Of a stretch of 30,811 nucleotides of DNA, positions 9,936 to 18,471 are shown one piece after another. The DNA comes from a virus (Duplodnaviria; Caudoviricetes): the IMG/VR virus record IMGVR_UViG_3300045580_000181, positions 1 through 30,811 of that record. One strand, 5' to 3'. The position numbers were made by a program, and so were the translations under genes. Under the pieces are notes generated by a model. The model was not told where the DNA came from and made no database searches. It saw only the letters and a program-made list of their open reading frames with translations. Positions within the stretch are counted from its first letter, which is position 1; the number at the start of each line of letters is the position of its first letter.

Positions 9936-10270
9936 GCATTGGTTCCGCTCTTGGCGATGGGCTCGATTACGACCGTCTCCTCGCGGATGTCCTGCTCGAT
10001 GCGCTCGCGCTGGCCGAGCAGCTGCTTGCCGAGCCAGATGAGCATGGCGACGTTGCCTTCCTTGGCCTTCTCGTACTGCCATCGGCGGATCGACGCGCGA
10101 ATCTTGTGTCCGCCGATGGTGAGCGCGGCGCGGGTGTCCGCGCGCGCGCGCAGGGTGCGCGAGGTGCATCCGACGACGGCGGCGATCTCATCCTGCGTCA
10201 GACCCATCGAGGCCAGCGCTTCGACTTGCCGCAGGTCGACGGGCTTCACGGTTCCCTTCGGTCTAGCCAC
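9932..10270 (-). CDS. terS: Terminase small subunit (HTH)
   Basis: LASMGLTQDEIAAVVGC HTH and GNVAMLIWLGKQLLGQ; immediately upstream of terL. Confidence 0.85.
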   Translation of the reverse strand: MARPKGTVKPVDLRQVEALASMGLTQDEIAAVVGCTSRTLRARADTRAALTIGGHKIRASIRRWQYEKAKEGNVAMLIWLGKQLLGQRERIEQDIREETVVIEPIAKSGTNA

Positions 10271-11426
10271 GGGTCGCCTTCTTTCCCGTCAGCGTCTCCC
10301 ATCGCTTTACGATGACATCGCAGTAGCCGGGGTCGAGTTCCATCGCCATGCAGGTGCGCCCCGTGCGCTCGCAGGCGATGACGGTCGTGCCGCTCCCGGC
10401 GAAGGGCTTGTAGACCAGGTCGGCCAGGTGGTTGCGCACCGGCCGCTCCATGCACTCGACCGGCTTCTGCGTCCCGTGCCCGTGGCCCGCGTCGTCGCGC
10501 GCCGGGATCGACCAGAGCGTGGTCTGCGTGCGGTCGTCGGTGCGGTGGCCCTTGCCTCCTTCGCGCACGGCGTACCAGCATGGCTCGTGCTGCCAGTGGT
10601 AGTCGCCGCGGCTGAGGGCGAGTCGGTCCTTAGCCCAGATGATCTGCGCGCGGATCGCGAAGCCCGCCCGCTCGAGCGACTGCTGCACGGTCGAGGCGAA
10701 GACGCCTGCGTGGTAGACGTAGGCCACGTCGCCGGGGAAGAGCTTCCATGCCTCGGTCCAGTCGGCGCGGTCGTCGTTCATGACCTTGCCCATGCGGGCC
10801 GTGTTCCCGGTGAGCCCGGCGTCCATGCGCCACTCGGGGTCGTACTCCACGCCGTAGGGCGGGTCGGTGACCATGAGCGCTGGCACCGCGCCGTCGAGGA
10901 GCCGGGCGACGTCCGGGCCGCTCGTCGAGTCGCCGCAGAGCAGGCGGTGCTCTCCGAGGAGCCAAAGGTCGCCAGGCTTCGTGATCGGATCGACTGGAGG
11001 CTCGGGAACTTCGTCCTCTGTCACATCGTCAGGCGCGAGCATTGCGTCGATGTCGGCATCGTCGAAGCCCGTCGCCTTCGCCAGCTCCTCGTCCTCGATC
11101 TGAAGAGCGGCAAGCGTTTGCGCCAGGGCGTCGTCGTCCCACTCGGCAAGCTCGGCGGTACGGTTGTCCGCGATCGCGTAGGCGGTCGCCTCCGCGCCCT
11201 TGAGCGCGGTTCGGACGATCGTCACCTCTGGCCAGCCAAGCGCCTTCGCAGCCATCAGCGTGCCGTTGCCAGCGCGGACGATGCCGTCCGCGTCCACCAC
11301 GATCGGCTTCTGCTGCCCGAAGCGCGACAGACTCGCCTTGATCGCGTCTAGGTTCTTCTCGCCGTGCCTGCGGACGTTCGCGGGATCGAACTGCACCGAG
11401 CCGATGGGTACGCGTTCTGTCTTCAT
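10263..11426 (-). CDS. ParB-like domain fused to an N6A/N4C DNA methyltransferase
   Basis: N-term FGQQKPIVVD...AGNGT...IADNR; GDLWLLGEHRLLCGDS; catalytic DPPY; HGTQKP; PFAGSGTT. Confidence 0.92.
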   Translation of the reverse strand: MKTERVPIGSVQFDPANVRRHGEKNLDAIKASLSRFGQQKPIVVDADGIVRAGNGTLMAAKALGWPEVTIVRTALKGAEATAYAIADNRTAELAEWDDDALAQTLAALQIEDEELAKATGFDDADIDAMLAPDDVTEDEVPEPPVDPITKPGDLWLLGEHRLLCGDSTSGPDVARLLDGAVPALMVTDPPYGVEYDPEWRMDAGLTGNTARMGKVMNDDRADWTEAWKLFPGDVAYVYHAGVFASTVQQSLERAGFAIRAQIIWAKDRLALSRGDYHWQHEPCWYAVREGGKGHRTDDRTQTTLWSIPARDDAGHGHGTQKPVECMERPVRNHLADLVYKPFAGSGTTVIACERTGRTCMAMELDPGYCDVIVKRWETLTGKKATRG

Positions 11427-12031
11427 GCCTCGCCTCCAAGCACCGCGCGCGCCTTCTCGACCAGCCCGCTGTCCCGATGGACCCACCAGTCCTCGATATG
11501 CGCCTGGATGATCTCGTCATCGGTCTGCATATTCACCACGATGTCGGCCACGCGGACGTAGCCGCTCCACTCCATGAAGCTCCGCATCATGTCGCGGCGC
11601 AGGATGCCGCGCTCGCCGTCGCGGTACGCGTCATGCTCGACGCAGGCGATGCGGAAGCGGATGCGATCGAGCGGCATCCGAAGCAGCACGCGCGCCGTCA
11701 GGTCCGGCGGCTCGAGGTCCAACGACAGGAAGTCGACCCATCGGAACTCGTCGGACGCAAGCCGCAGCCATTGTGCCTCGTAGTCGATGTCCGTCGCGTC
11801 GGCGCGGTAGATGTTGTCCTTGGCGCGCTGCTCGCGCAGCTGCCTGTCGTACTCGATGTCGGACAGCAGGCCGCGCCAGCCGAAGCCGCGCTCGAGTACC
11901 ACGGTGTTGCTGATCTGCTCGGGATGACCTGCGCCGATGTCGAAGAACGTCCCGCCGGTCTTGCGGTCGAGCGTCTGCCACACGAAGCGGTCCTGTCCCA
12001 GCTGGGATTTCCATCGCGGGTCGGTTGTCAT
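11423..12031 (-). CDS. FkbM-family (Methyltransf_21) SAM-dependent methyltransferase
   Basis: SQLGQD...GTFFDIGA...SNT..LE...GWRG...VDFLSLDLE...VEHD. Confidence 0.85.
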   Translation of the reverse strand: MTTDPRWKSQLGQDRFVWQTLDRKTGGTFFDIGAGHPEQISNTVVLERGFGWRGLLSDIEYDRQLREQRAKDNIYRADATDIDYEAQWLRLASDEFRWVDFLSLDLEPPDLTARVLLRMPLDRIRFRIACVEHDAYRDGERGILRRDMMRSFMEWSGYVRVADIVVNMQTDDEIIQAHIEDWWVHRDSGLVEKARAVLGGEA

Positions 12032-12088
12032 CGCGTTCTCCTAGCCGCCGAGGATCTCGTCGCGGCAATCACAAGTGTATAAACCACG

Positions 12089-12499
12089 TCAACCGCCGCC
12101 GCCGCCGCCGCCGGTTCTCTCAATCGTGATAGTTCCAAGCACAGCGTTCGAGTCGCTTTGGTTTATCACCTGGAACTCAATCAAGTCGCCGCCGACCGTC
12201 AGCTCCACTTCAAAATACAACGTATCGCCATTCACGACGGTCAGCGTGTCATCATCGTAAAAATCGACGGCACTACCGGCGTTCTTGATGTATCTCTGAA
12301 GGTCGGCGCTGCTCGTAGTTGTGATGTTGAGCCTCAAGGTGATCGTCGTATTGATTCCAGCTATTGTCTTGACGGCAGTTTCGTAAGGGGGGGCCCCCGC
12401 GGAAATGCTTTCATTGAAGTCAGTCGTGCAGGAGACATCCGAAGCCGCTCCGGCCTTTTTTGTCCTGATGACGATCATGGACGCGATCGAGGCAAGCAC
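12089..12499 (-). CDS. Beta-rich fibre-associated protein (136 aa) ending in poly-Gly
   Basis: GTG overlapping the TAG of the upstream fibre gene; Thr-rich; visibly lower GC. Confidence 0.6.
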   Translation of the reverse strand: MLASIASMIVIRTKKAGAASDVSCTTDFNESISAGAPPYETAVKTIAGINTTITLRLNITTTSSADLQRYIKNAGSAVDFYDDDTLTVVNGDTLYFEVELTVGGDLIEFQVINQSDSNAVLGTITIERTGGGGGGG

Positions 12500-13296
12500 T
12501 AGAAGTTTTGACCTCCGACAAACGCAAGCCATGTCGTACCGTTGTTGGGAGAGATAAACGAAAACACGTCTTTCTTTGCGTTTGTGCTTGTAAGGGTAGG
12601 CGCGGTTCCGCCTGCCCATTTCACCGACGCAGGCCATGTCACGGTCCTCGCCGTTCCGTCCATCGTAAAGATGAGCGTAAAAGCGTTTACCGTGTTGCTC
12701 GTCGCATCGACGTTAGAGATCGTCAGCGTCGTCACGTTTGCATTCAATGACACGTCGAAAACCTGCGCGTCGTTCAGATTCAGCGTAAGCGTACCGCTAG
12801 AGATCGTCGGAGCGGTCTTTGGTTCGGTGTAGTCGGTGATCTTGACGGATGAAATCGACCCGCCGGTGATCGACACATTGCTAGATGCCTGCGTCGATAT
12901 GGTCCCGAGCCCTAGAGTCGTCCTTTGCGCGGCAGCGTCTGCATCGTCGATCAGAGCTCGACCGGCAGAAGTGCAGGTGATTTCCTGCACAACGCCAGCG
13001 CCAGCACTTGATCGACCGAGTATGCGATCGGTCGCGCTCACGTTCTGGATCTTGGCGTAAGTAACCACCGAGTTGTCGATGGTCCACGTTGCGCCAGAAG
13101 AGGAAACTGTTATGTCGCCCTTGTCTCCATCGCTGACCGCTCCACCTCCGCCGATCTCTACGACCGTCCCGTTTTCCTTCTTCGTGAACAGCTTTCCGTC
13201 TGCGGTATTGATGGCGAGTTCGCCCGTGACGAGGCTTCCCGCGGCCGGCGTTGCGCCAGTCGTCGTAGACCGCTTGTGACGGATCGTGTTAGCCAT
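12499..13296 (-). CDS. Fibre protein with Mtd-N-like domain
   Basis: MANTIRHKRS...GELAINTADGKLF N-term; C-term TVTWPASVKWAGGTAPTLT...DVFSF...GTTW fibre module. Confidence 0.75.
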   Translation of the reverse strand: MANTIRHKRSTTTGATPAAGSLVTGELAINTADGKLFTKKENGTVVEIGGGGAVSDGDKGDITVSSSGATWTIDNSVVTYAKIQNVSATDRILGRSSAGAGVVQEITCTSAGRALIDDADAAAQRTTLGLGTISTQASSNVSITGGSISSVKITDYTEPKTAPTISSGTLTLNLNDAQVFDVSLNANVTTLTISNVDATSNTVNAFTLIFTMDGTARTVTWPASVKWAGGTAPTLTSTNAKKDVFSFISPNNGTTWLAFVGGQNF

Positions 13297-13305
13297 CGCG
13301 TTGCC

Positions 13306-14586
13306 TTAGAAGGTTCCGCCGTCGATCGTGATCCCATCGAACGTCGTCAGGTTCGTGACGCTGCCTCCCGAAATGGAGACGTTGTTTGCGTTCTGCGTGG
13401 CGATCGTACCCAGGCCGAGCGTGGTCCGCTGCGCCGATGCGTCGACATCGTCGAGGATCGCGCGGCCTGCCGAGGTCAGCGTCGTGACCGCGTAGGTGTC
13501 CGACGCGGTCGTGTAGATCATGCGATCCGCGACCGTGGTCAGGCCGGCGATGGACGCGAGCCCCGCGTCGTACGCCTGGACATCCGTTCCGATCGCAAGA
13601 CCGAGGTTAGTGCGCGCAGTTCCCGCGTTGTTCGCGCCCGTGCCGCCGTAGCTGACTCCGACGACCGTTCCCTGCCAGGTTCCCGTGCCGATCGTGCCGA
13701 CGCTCGTCAGGCTCGAGCCGGTCACGCCAGAGCCGAGCGTCGTGCTGCTCAGGACGGACGAGCCGTTGATGTAGAACGCCTTTCCCGTCAGCAGGTTCAG
13801 ATGCTCGCTAGAGGTCCACGCGTCGGTCGCGTCCACCCAGTTGAACGTCTTGTCCGTCGCGCCCTTCAGCGTGATGCCGCCGCCGTCCGCGGTCGTGTCG
13901 CTGGGGCTGGCAACGTCGCCAAGAACGATGTTCTTGTCCTCGACGACGAGGTTCGTGGAGTTGATGTTCGTCGTCGTGCCGTTTACGGTCAGGTTGCCCG
14001 AAATGGTCAGGTTTGACGAGATGGTCCCGCCCGTGAGCGGGAGGTACGTTCCCGACAGGTCTGGGATGTCGGCGCTGACGAGCGCGCGGAAGGTCGGCGC
14101 GCCCGAGCTGCCGTTCGGCGCGGCAAAGACGTAGTTCGCCGTCTGGCTCGCCAGCGACAGCGCGATGGTCCCCGAGGTCGTGATCGGGCTACCGCTCACC
14201 GACAGGAACGAAGGCGCGGTGAGCGCCACGCTCGAGACGGTTCCGCCGCCGGCAGAGCTGACCGCGGAATCGACGTAGGCGGTCGTCGCCACCTTCGTCG
14301 AGTTGTCGGATGCCGACTGCGTGGTCGCGGTCGCGCTGGATCCGAGAGCTACCGTACCGCTGAAGGTCTTGTTGCCCGTGATCGTCTGCGTACCGCTCAG
14401 GCCGACAAACGCGCCGATGCCGCCGATTGCCTCGACGGTCGTCGCCGTGCCGCCTGCGCCGCCCGTGCCCTTGCCGTAGTAGAGCGTGTCGTCCACCTCG
14501 TTGAACGCAAGTTCAGCGTTCGCCAGGCTCGAGGGTGCGCCAGATCCACCAGAGGCGCGGCGCTTGATTCGCAGGGTGTTTGCCAT
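13306..14586 (-). CDS. Fibre protein with Mtd-N-like domain (426 aa)
   Basis: MANTLRIKRR...AELAFNE; DNSTKVATTAYV, GNLTVNGTTT, VEDKNI, ARTNLGL fibre repeats; ends IDGGTF. Confidence 0.8.
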   Translation of the reverse strand: MANTLRIKRRASGGSGAPSSLANAELAFNEVDDTLYYGKGTGGAGGTATTVEAIGGIGAFVGLSGTQTITGNKTFSGTVALGSSATATTQSASDNSTKVATTAYVDSAVSSAGGGTVSSVALTAPSFLSVSGSPITTSGTIALSLASQTANYVFAAPNGSSGAPTFRALVSADIPDLSGTYLPLTGGTISSNLTISGNLTVNGTTTNINSTNLVVEDKNIVLGDVASPSDTTADGGGITLKGATDKTFNWVDATDAWTSSEHLNLLTGKAFYINGSSVLSSTTLGSGVTGSSLTSVGTIGTGTWQGTVVGVSYGGTGANNAGTARTNLGLAIGTDVQAYDAGLASIAGLTTVADRMIYTTASDTYAVTTLTSAGRAILDDVDASAQRTTLGLGTIATQNANNVSISGGSVTNLTTFDGITIDGGTF

Positions 14587-14597
14587 GTTCGTCTACC

Positions 14598-14810
14598 TCA
14601 GAAGTTCCCGCCGTCGACCATTTCGGTCTGCGCGGTCTGTGTCCATTTCGAAGTCGAGGTCTTGTACTGCAGCACGTCCTTGTCAGCCGGCGACGGCGCG
14701 TCTACGTCGGTGAGGTCGCCGAACTGAACGTCGGCCTCCAGCTGCGCGTCGACCACGGTGAGCCCGTCGCCCAGGTTGATCTCGTAGGCTGCTGGAAAGA
14801 CGCGGATCAT
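14598..14810 (-). CDS. Small fibre-associated protein (70 aa)
   Basis: DLTDVD...DVLQY...KW repeat unit; ends VDGGNF. Confidence 0.6.
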   Translation of the reverse strand: MIRVFPAAYEINLGDGLTVVDAQLEADVQFGDLTDVDAPSPADKDVLQYKTSTSKWTQTAQTEMVDGGNF

Positions 14811-15142
14811 TCGGCGCTTTCCTCATCGACAAACGACGGCGGCACGATGTACCAGCCCTCGGGAACCGGCACGGGATCCGCGGAAAGCACCCACTCGTCA
14901 GCGATCCTCAGGTACACGCGGGCCTTGACCATCGGCCCCATCCGCATCGGTGTCGATTCGTGGACGAACACCGTTCGCCCGCATCCTGTCGCGGATGCGA
15001 CGGCCAGCGCGGCGCAGCAGGCCGCGGTCGCCAGACGCGTCGGCCGCGGTGCGCGACCGCTCGGCCTGGCCGGCGATGAACCGCAGGACAGCGCCGACGA
15101 CGGCTTCAAGTGCCTTGACGAGCATGGTTCAGCCTCCGTCAT
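14807..15142 (-). CDS. Putative lipoprotein (o-spanin-like); start uncertain
   Basis: Hydrophobic AACCAALAVASATG followed by Cys (lipobox-like); Pro-rich C-term; overlaps 14898-15125 in another frame. Confidence 0.5.
   Translation of the reverse strand: MTEAEPCSSRHLKPSSALSCGSSPARPSGRAPRPTRLATAACCAALAVASATGCGRTVFVHESTPMRMGPMVKARVYLRIADEWVLSADPVPVPEGWYIVPPSFVDEESAE
14898..15125 (-). CDS. Putative i-spanin-like/membrane-associated lysis protein
   Basis: GGAGG RBS; N-terminal hydrophobic helix; near the holin; overlapping lipoprotein ORF. Confidence 0.5.
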   Translation of the reverse strand: MLVKALEAVVGAVLRFIAGQAERSRTAADASGDRGLLRRAGRRIRDRMRANGVRPRIDTDADGADGQGPRVPEDR

Positions 15143-15341
15143 CCTCGAGCTCCCGTACGCGCTTCTTCAGCTTGTCGATCTCGTCGGCCGCTTCCTCTAG
15201 TTCGACCTTGATCTCGCGCCAGAGCGAGAACATCGGAGCGCTGGCGAGCATCCGCATCCGCTCGCATCGGTCCTCGCAAGAGGCCAGCGCGCGCGAATGG
15301 GTCGTCCCTGCTTCAAGCCAGCGCTCCGATGGAGAGGTCAC
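15129..15341 (-). CDS. Hypothetical coiled-coil protein with EAADEI motif
   Basis: GTGA overlap with the holin stop; LEEAADEIDKLKKRVRELE. Confidence 0.6.
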   Translation of the reverse strand: MTSPSERWLEAGTTHSRALASCEDRCERMRMLASAPMFSLWREIKVELEEAADEIDKLKKRVRELEDDGG

Positions 15342-15523
15342 TTCTTCACCATCGTGCGGGATACGGTGTAGCCGAGCGCGGACATGACGGTAGCCGCAAG
15401 CCCGAGGATCTTGTCGCCAGTCGATTCGGTCGGGAACACGCCGCTAGCGAACGCAGCGCCGATGCAGAGCGCCGTGAATGAAAGCCAGAACTCAGTCGTC
15501 TTGTAGCCGGGTTTGTCGTTCAT
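15338..15523 (-). CDS. Holin-like protein, two TM helices
   Basis: KPGYKTTEFWL N-term, two hydrophobic segments, basic C-term. Confidence 0.7.
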   Translation of the reverse strand: MNDKPGYKTTEFWLSFTALCIGAAFASGVFPTESTGDKILGLAATVMSALGYTVSRTMVKK

Positions 15524-15526
15524 GGT

Positions 15527-15805
15527 TCAGTCCTTCATCAAGATGGATGCGATGCCGGTTCCGCTAGCCGTGGCGACCCAGAGCCGCGACGGGTCGATGT
15601 ACCACTCGAAAATCTGCGTGACGGGGACGCTGAACGTGCTGCCGGCCGAGTATTTCGTCGCTGCGTCGGATGCGTCGGTCGCGTCAAGGACGTAGTAGGC
15701 GATCGCCGTGGCAGACGAGAACACGATCGGCTTGTATCCGATCGTCGTATCCGTCGTGAGACGCTGGAAGGTCGTCGAGGTTGTGTATTGCTTCATCGAG
15801 GGCAT
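15527..15805 (-). CDS. Hypothetical beta-rich protein (92 aa), probably structural
   Basis: Tight packing; C-term WYIDPSRLWVA resembles the neighbour's WRVDPYYVWVA. Confidence 0.65.
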   Translation of the reverse strand: MPSMKQYTTSTTFQRLTTDTTIGYKPIVFSSATAIAYYVLDATDASDAATKYSAGSTFSVPVTQIFEWYIDPSRLWVATASGTGIASILMKD

Positions 15806-15808
15806 GGT

Positions 15809-16081
15809 TCACTCGTATCGGTAAAGGACGGTTCCAACCGTAGACTCGGATGCGACCCAGACGTAGTACGGATCGACGCGCCATGAAAGCTTCGCCGTCG
15901 TCGGCAGCTGGAAGAAGTTCGATGCCGCCAGCTGGTCGCCGGCTTCCTTTGAGGTGAGCGCGAAGATGAACCGCTGCTGCTCGCCCTGCGCGGAGAACTG
16001 CAGATCCCGCGCGCCGAGCGAACTGTCCTCGCTCAATCGCGTGACGCGCGTTTCTGTGCTGACGCTGAATAGACCGGGCAT
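15809..16081 (-). CDS. Hypothetical beta-rich protein (90 aa), probable paralog of 15527-15805
   Basis: GAGG RBS; shared F.(L/V)P.T....W.(V/I)DP...WVA pattern. Confidence 0.65.
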   Translation of the reverse strand: MPGLFSVSTETRVTRLSEDSSLGARDLQFSAQGEQQRFIFALTSKEAGDQLAASNFFQLPTTAKLSWRVDPYYVWVASESTVGTVLYRYE

Positions 16082-16083
16082 CG

Positions 16084-16887
16084 TTACCTCTGGTACTTGT
16101 ATTCCATGAACATCCAGTCGATGTGCATCTCATCGACGATGCTTGCCGTTCCGTTGCTGACGCGGATCAGCGCGCCCGCGTGCATTCTGTTGCCTGCCGC
16201 TGGCGTGTTGCTCGCGTTCGGAAGATGCGTCGGGTCTGTCTCCTCATGGACCTGCACGCCGTCGATGTACCATCGGGCAAGCGTGCCGGCAGCATTCACC
16301 CAGACGCGCAGAATGTGCCAGTCGTTTAGGGCGACTCCTGTATCGATGTACGCGTGTGTAGTTGACTCGGAGATGCAGACGACTTGCCATGTCGACTTTG
16401 TTCCAGCGACTTGGAAGTTGATCGCGGATACGTCGGCAGGTGGATCTCCGCTCGGAACGTGGCCTTGGATGAATCCGACACGGAAGCCCGTCTCCGTATC
16501 ACCGTTGCGAATCAGCCGGACGCGCGCAGAGCATTCCATCTCGTAAGCGCCAGCCAGGATTACCGTACCGCCGGCAAGCAGGTTGCGTTCGCTGATCCAG
16601 CCGCGCGATGCTAGCGTCCCTGTCGCCACCTTCATCACGGCATAGCAGGCGCAGCCGTTGAAGTCCATCGTAAACGTGATCGTCGCGCCAGCCGTAACGA
16701 CGGAGTTCCAGTCTCCGAGGTTTGCGAAGTCGCTCCAAAGCTTGAAGCTGCGGCGCTGCATCGCGCTCTGGTCGATCGTCGGGCTCGGGAAAGTTCCAGT
16801 CAGGTCGCCGCCAGCCGCGCCGTAAGGCGCGGTCCCGACCGTGACCGACTGAACGGTCGGCGTGACCGTGACCTCTTGTGTAGCCAT
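16084..16887 (-). CDS. Fibre/receptor-binding protein with a ConA/lectin-like beta-sandwich
   Basis: AGGDLTGTFPSPTI stalk motif; DTGVA..DWHILRV...RWYIDGVQV...IDW pattern. Confidence 0.6.
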   Translation of the reverse strand: MATQEVTVTPTVQSVTVGTAPYGAAGGDLTGTFPSPTIDQSAMQRRSFKLWSDFANLGDWNSVVTAGATITFTMDFNGCACYAVMKVATGTLASRGWISERNLLAGGTVILAGAYEMECSARVRLIRNGDTETGFRVGFIQGHVPSGDPPADVSAINFQVAGTKSTWQVVCISESTTHAYIDTGVALNDWHILRVWVNAAGTLARWYIDGVQVHEETDPTHLPNASNTPAAGNRMHAGALIRVSNGTASIVDEMHIDWMFMEYKYQR

Positions 16888-17228
16888 TAGGTCGTGACCT
16901 CTCTATCCACCAGGAACACGCCCTGAACGTCGCGGTGGACCACGCCCGTCGTCGTGTTGAAGCACTCGAGATCCCAGACACCCGTCGCCGGCGCGTCCAT
17001 CGCGGCCGTCGTCGTCGCGGCGAAAGTCGCGGTCACCACGGAGTTGCTGCCGGCCGTCAGGCTCAGGCCGCCGCCGCCCGTCGTCAGGCTGAAGACGTTC
17101 GTCGTGCTGTCGTGGCGCTTCTTGCCCTTCATGCGGGCAGAGAATCCCGTAAGGTCAAGGCTCGCAAAGGTGAACGCAACCGTTTCGGTAGCGCCCTGGC
17201 GTATGCGTAGTTCGTATGCGTCAGCCAT
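16887..17228 (-). CDS. BppU-N-like Ig-fold adaptor protein
   Basis: IRQGAT...DLTGFSARM...TAAM...GVWDLE...QGVFLVDREVT. Confidence 0.65.
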   Translation of the reverse strand: MADAYELRIRQGATETVAFTFASLDLTGFSARMKGKKRHDSTTNVFSLTTGGGGLSLTAGSNSVVTATFAATTTAAMDAPATGVWDLECFNTTTGVVHRDVQGVFLVDREVTT

Positions 17229-17493
17229 GCGTCTGCCTCCTCGATGCGCCTTCCTCGAGCCCTGCCCGCGCGATCAGGATAGTCAGCTCCGACACGCTCG
17301 TAGCCAGGCGCTCGACCGACCGTTCTAGCTGGGCAAGCCGCGCGGCCTCTGCCTCGCGCTCCTTGCGGATGGTCACCTGCAGCTCGCGGAGGTCGCCCCG
17401 CAGCCCGTAGACCTCGCGGAGCAGCCAGACAACCGCCCCGATTGAGGGGATCAGCACGACCGAGACCACCTTGAAGACATCTTCCACAGCCAT
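17221..17493 (-). CDS. Single-TM protein with coiled coil (possible lysis accessory)
   Basis: VVSVVLIPSIGAVVWLL TM segment followed by heptad repeats; first gene after a terminator. Confidence 0.65.
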   Translation of the reverse strand: MAVEDVFKVVSVVLIPSIGAVVWLLREVYGLRGDLRELQVTIRKEREAEAARLAQLERSVERLATSVSELTILIARAGLEEGASRRQTHG

Positions 17494-17550
17494 GCCGCGA
17501 TCATCGGCAACGGCGGCCGATCTCCGCAGGGCGGCGCGTTTTATGGCGGG

Positions 17551-17585
17551 AAGAAAACAGGCGCGCCCCACAATGGAGCGCGCCC
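17551..17585 (-). terminator. Rho-independent terminator ending the early operon
   Basis: GGGCGCGCTCCA-TTG-TGGGGCGCGCCT followed by GTTTTCTT. Confidence 0.75.
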
Positions 17586-17606
17586 GCATGGGGAGAAAAG
17601 AGCTTG

Positions 17607-17768
17607 TTAGAACCAGCGCGCGAGCGCGCCGAAGGCGCTGCCGAGCAGCCAGGTCCAGAAGGCGATCGACCCTAGGATGGCCGCTACGACGATCGTGACG
17701 TAGACGAAGTTCCAGACCGCGTCCTGGGCGACTGCCTTGAATCCGTCCCGTGGTTCGTCCTCGATCAT
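17607..17768 (-). CDS. Small membrane protein (53 aa), absent from the ORF track
   Basis: ATGA overlap with the RusA stop, GGAGG RBS; MIEDEPRDGFKAVAQDAVWNFVYVTIVVAAILGSIAFWTWLLGSAFGALARWF. Confidence 0.7.
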   Translation of the reverse strand: MIEDEPRDGFKAVAQDAVWNFVYVTIVVAAILGSIAFWTWLLGSAFGALARWF

Positions 17769-18139
17769 GCGGTCCTCCGAATGGTGATCTCGACTCGCGG
17801 CCTGTCGCGGTCGATGGCCTGGCGCACCGGCAGGTACGTCAGCTGGCGGTCGTTGGAGACTAGCCCAGCATCGGCTATCCCGTCGAACGCTGCCTTGAGG
17901 GAGGCAAGCAGATTGTCCGCGTCCCGCCCGCGATTCATGGGGAACCAGAACGCGGCCTCGACCTCAGCGGCGGTCCATCCGCCGGCGACGGCTTGGGCCT
18001 GCATCTCAGCCGCGGTGTAGTAGTGCGCGACCTGCCTGTAGGTCCGCGTGGCGCGTGCCTTTACGCGCCAATGGGTACGGCCGTTCGGGGCGAGGCTGCG
18101 GTTGGGCAGCTGGAGGGTGATTCGGATGGACTCGCTCAC
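17765..18139 (-). CDS. rusA: RusA-like Holliday junction resolvase
   Basis: RDADNLLASLKAAFDGIADAGLVSND and RPRVEITI; GTGA start. Confidence 0.85.
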   Translation of the reverse strand: MSESIRITLQLPNRSLAPNGRTHWRVKARATRTYRQVAHYYTAAEMQAQAVAGGWTAAEVEAAFWFPMNRGRDADNLLASLKAAFDGIADAGLVSNDRQLTYLPVRQAIDRDRPRVEITIRRTA

Positions 18140-18471
18140 AGCGCCTCTGGCATGAAAGTTTCCCCAGCGGGCGTGTGTTTGCCGTCCGCTGGGGCGCGGG
18201 AACACCCCGCAAGTTCGTGTTGTAGCCGGTAGATCGTCTGACGCGCCTCTGCGGCTTCCCTCATGGCCTCGTCGCGCTCGGCGGTGAGGCGGGCGACCTC
18301 GCGCTGCGCGTCTAGCGCCTCCGCGCAGAACTGCGTCGTGCCTTGCTTCCGAGCGCAGCCCGTGTTCCGCCGAAGCCGCTCGATCTCATCGGCGGCCTCG
18401 CGGTTCATCAGTTCGACGCTACGGTCGTTGTGCAGGACGGCGCGGAGTCTCGTCACGATGTCGTCGCTCAC
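18136..18471 (-). CDS. Hypothetical coiled-coil protein (SDDIV/EAADEIERLR family)
   Basis: GTGA overlap, GGAGG RBS; paralogous to 18468-18782. Confidence 0.7.
   Translation of the reverse strand: MSDDIVTRLRAVLHNDRSVELMNREAADEIERLRRNTGCARKQGTTQFCAEALDAQREVARLTAERDEAMREAAEARQTIYRLQHELAGCSRAPADGKHTPAGETFMPEAL

Noticed and set aside
4071-11351. Long plus-strand ORFs (e.g. 4071-5435, 9939-11351)
   Set aside because: Antisense shadows of well-supported genes, expected at high GC.
12070-12092. Promoter candidate with TTGACG and TACACT before FkbM
   Set aside because: The hexamers are only 7 nt apart.
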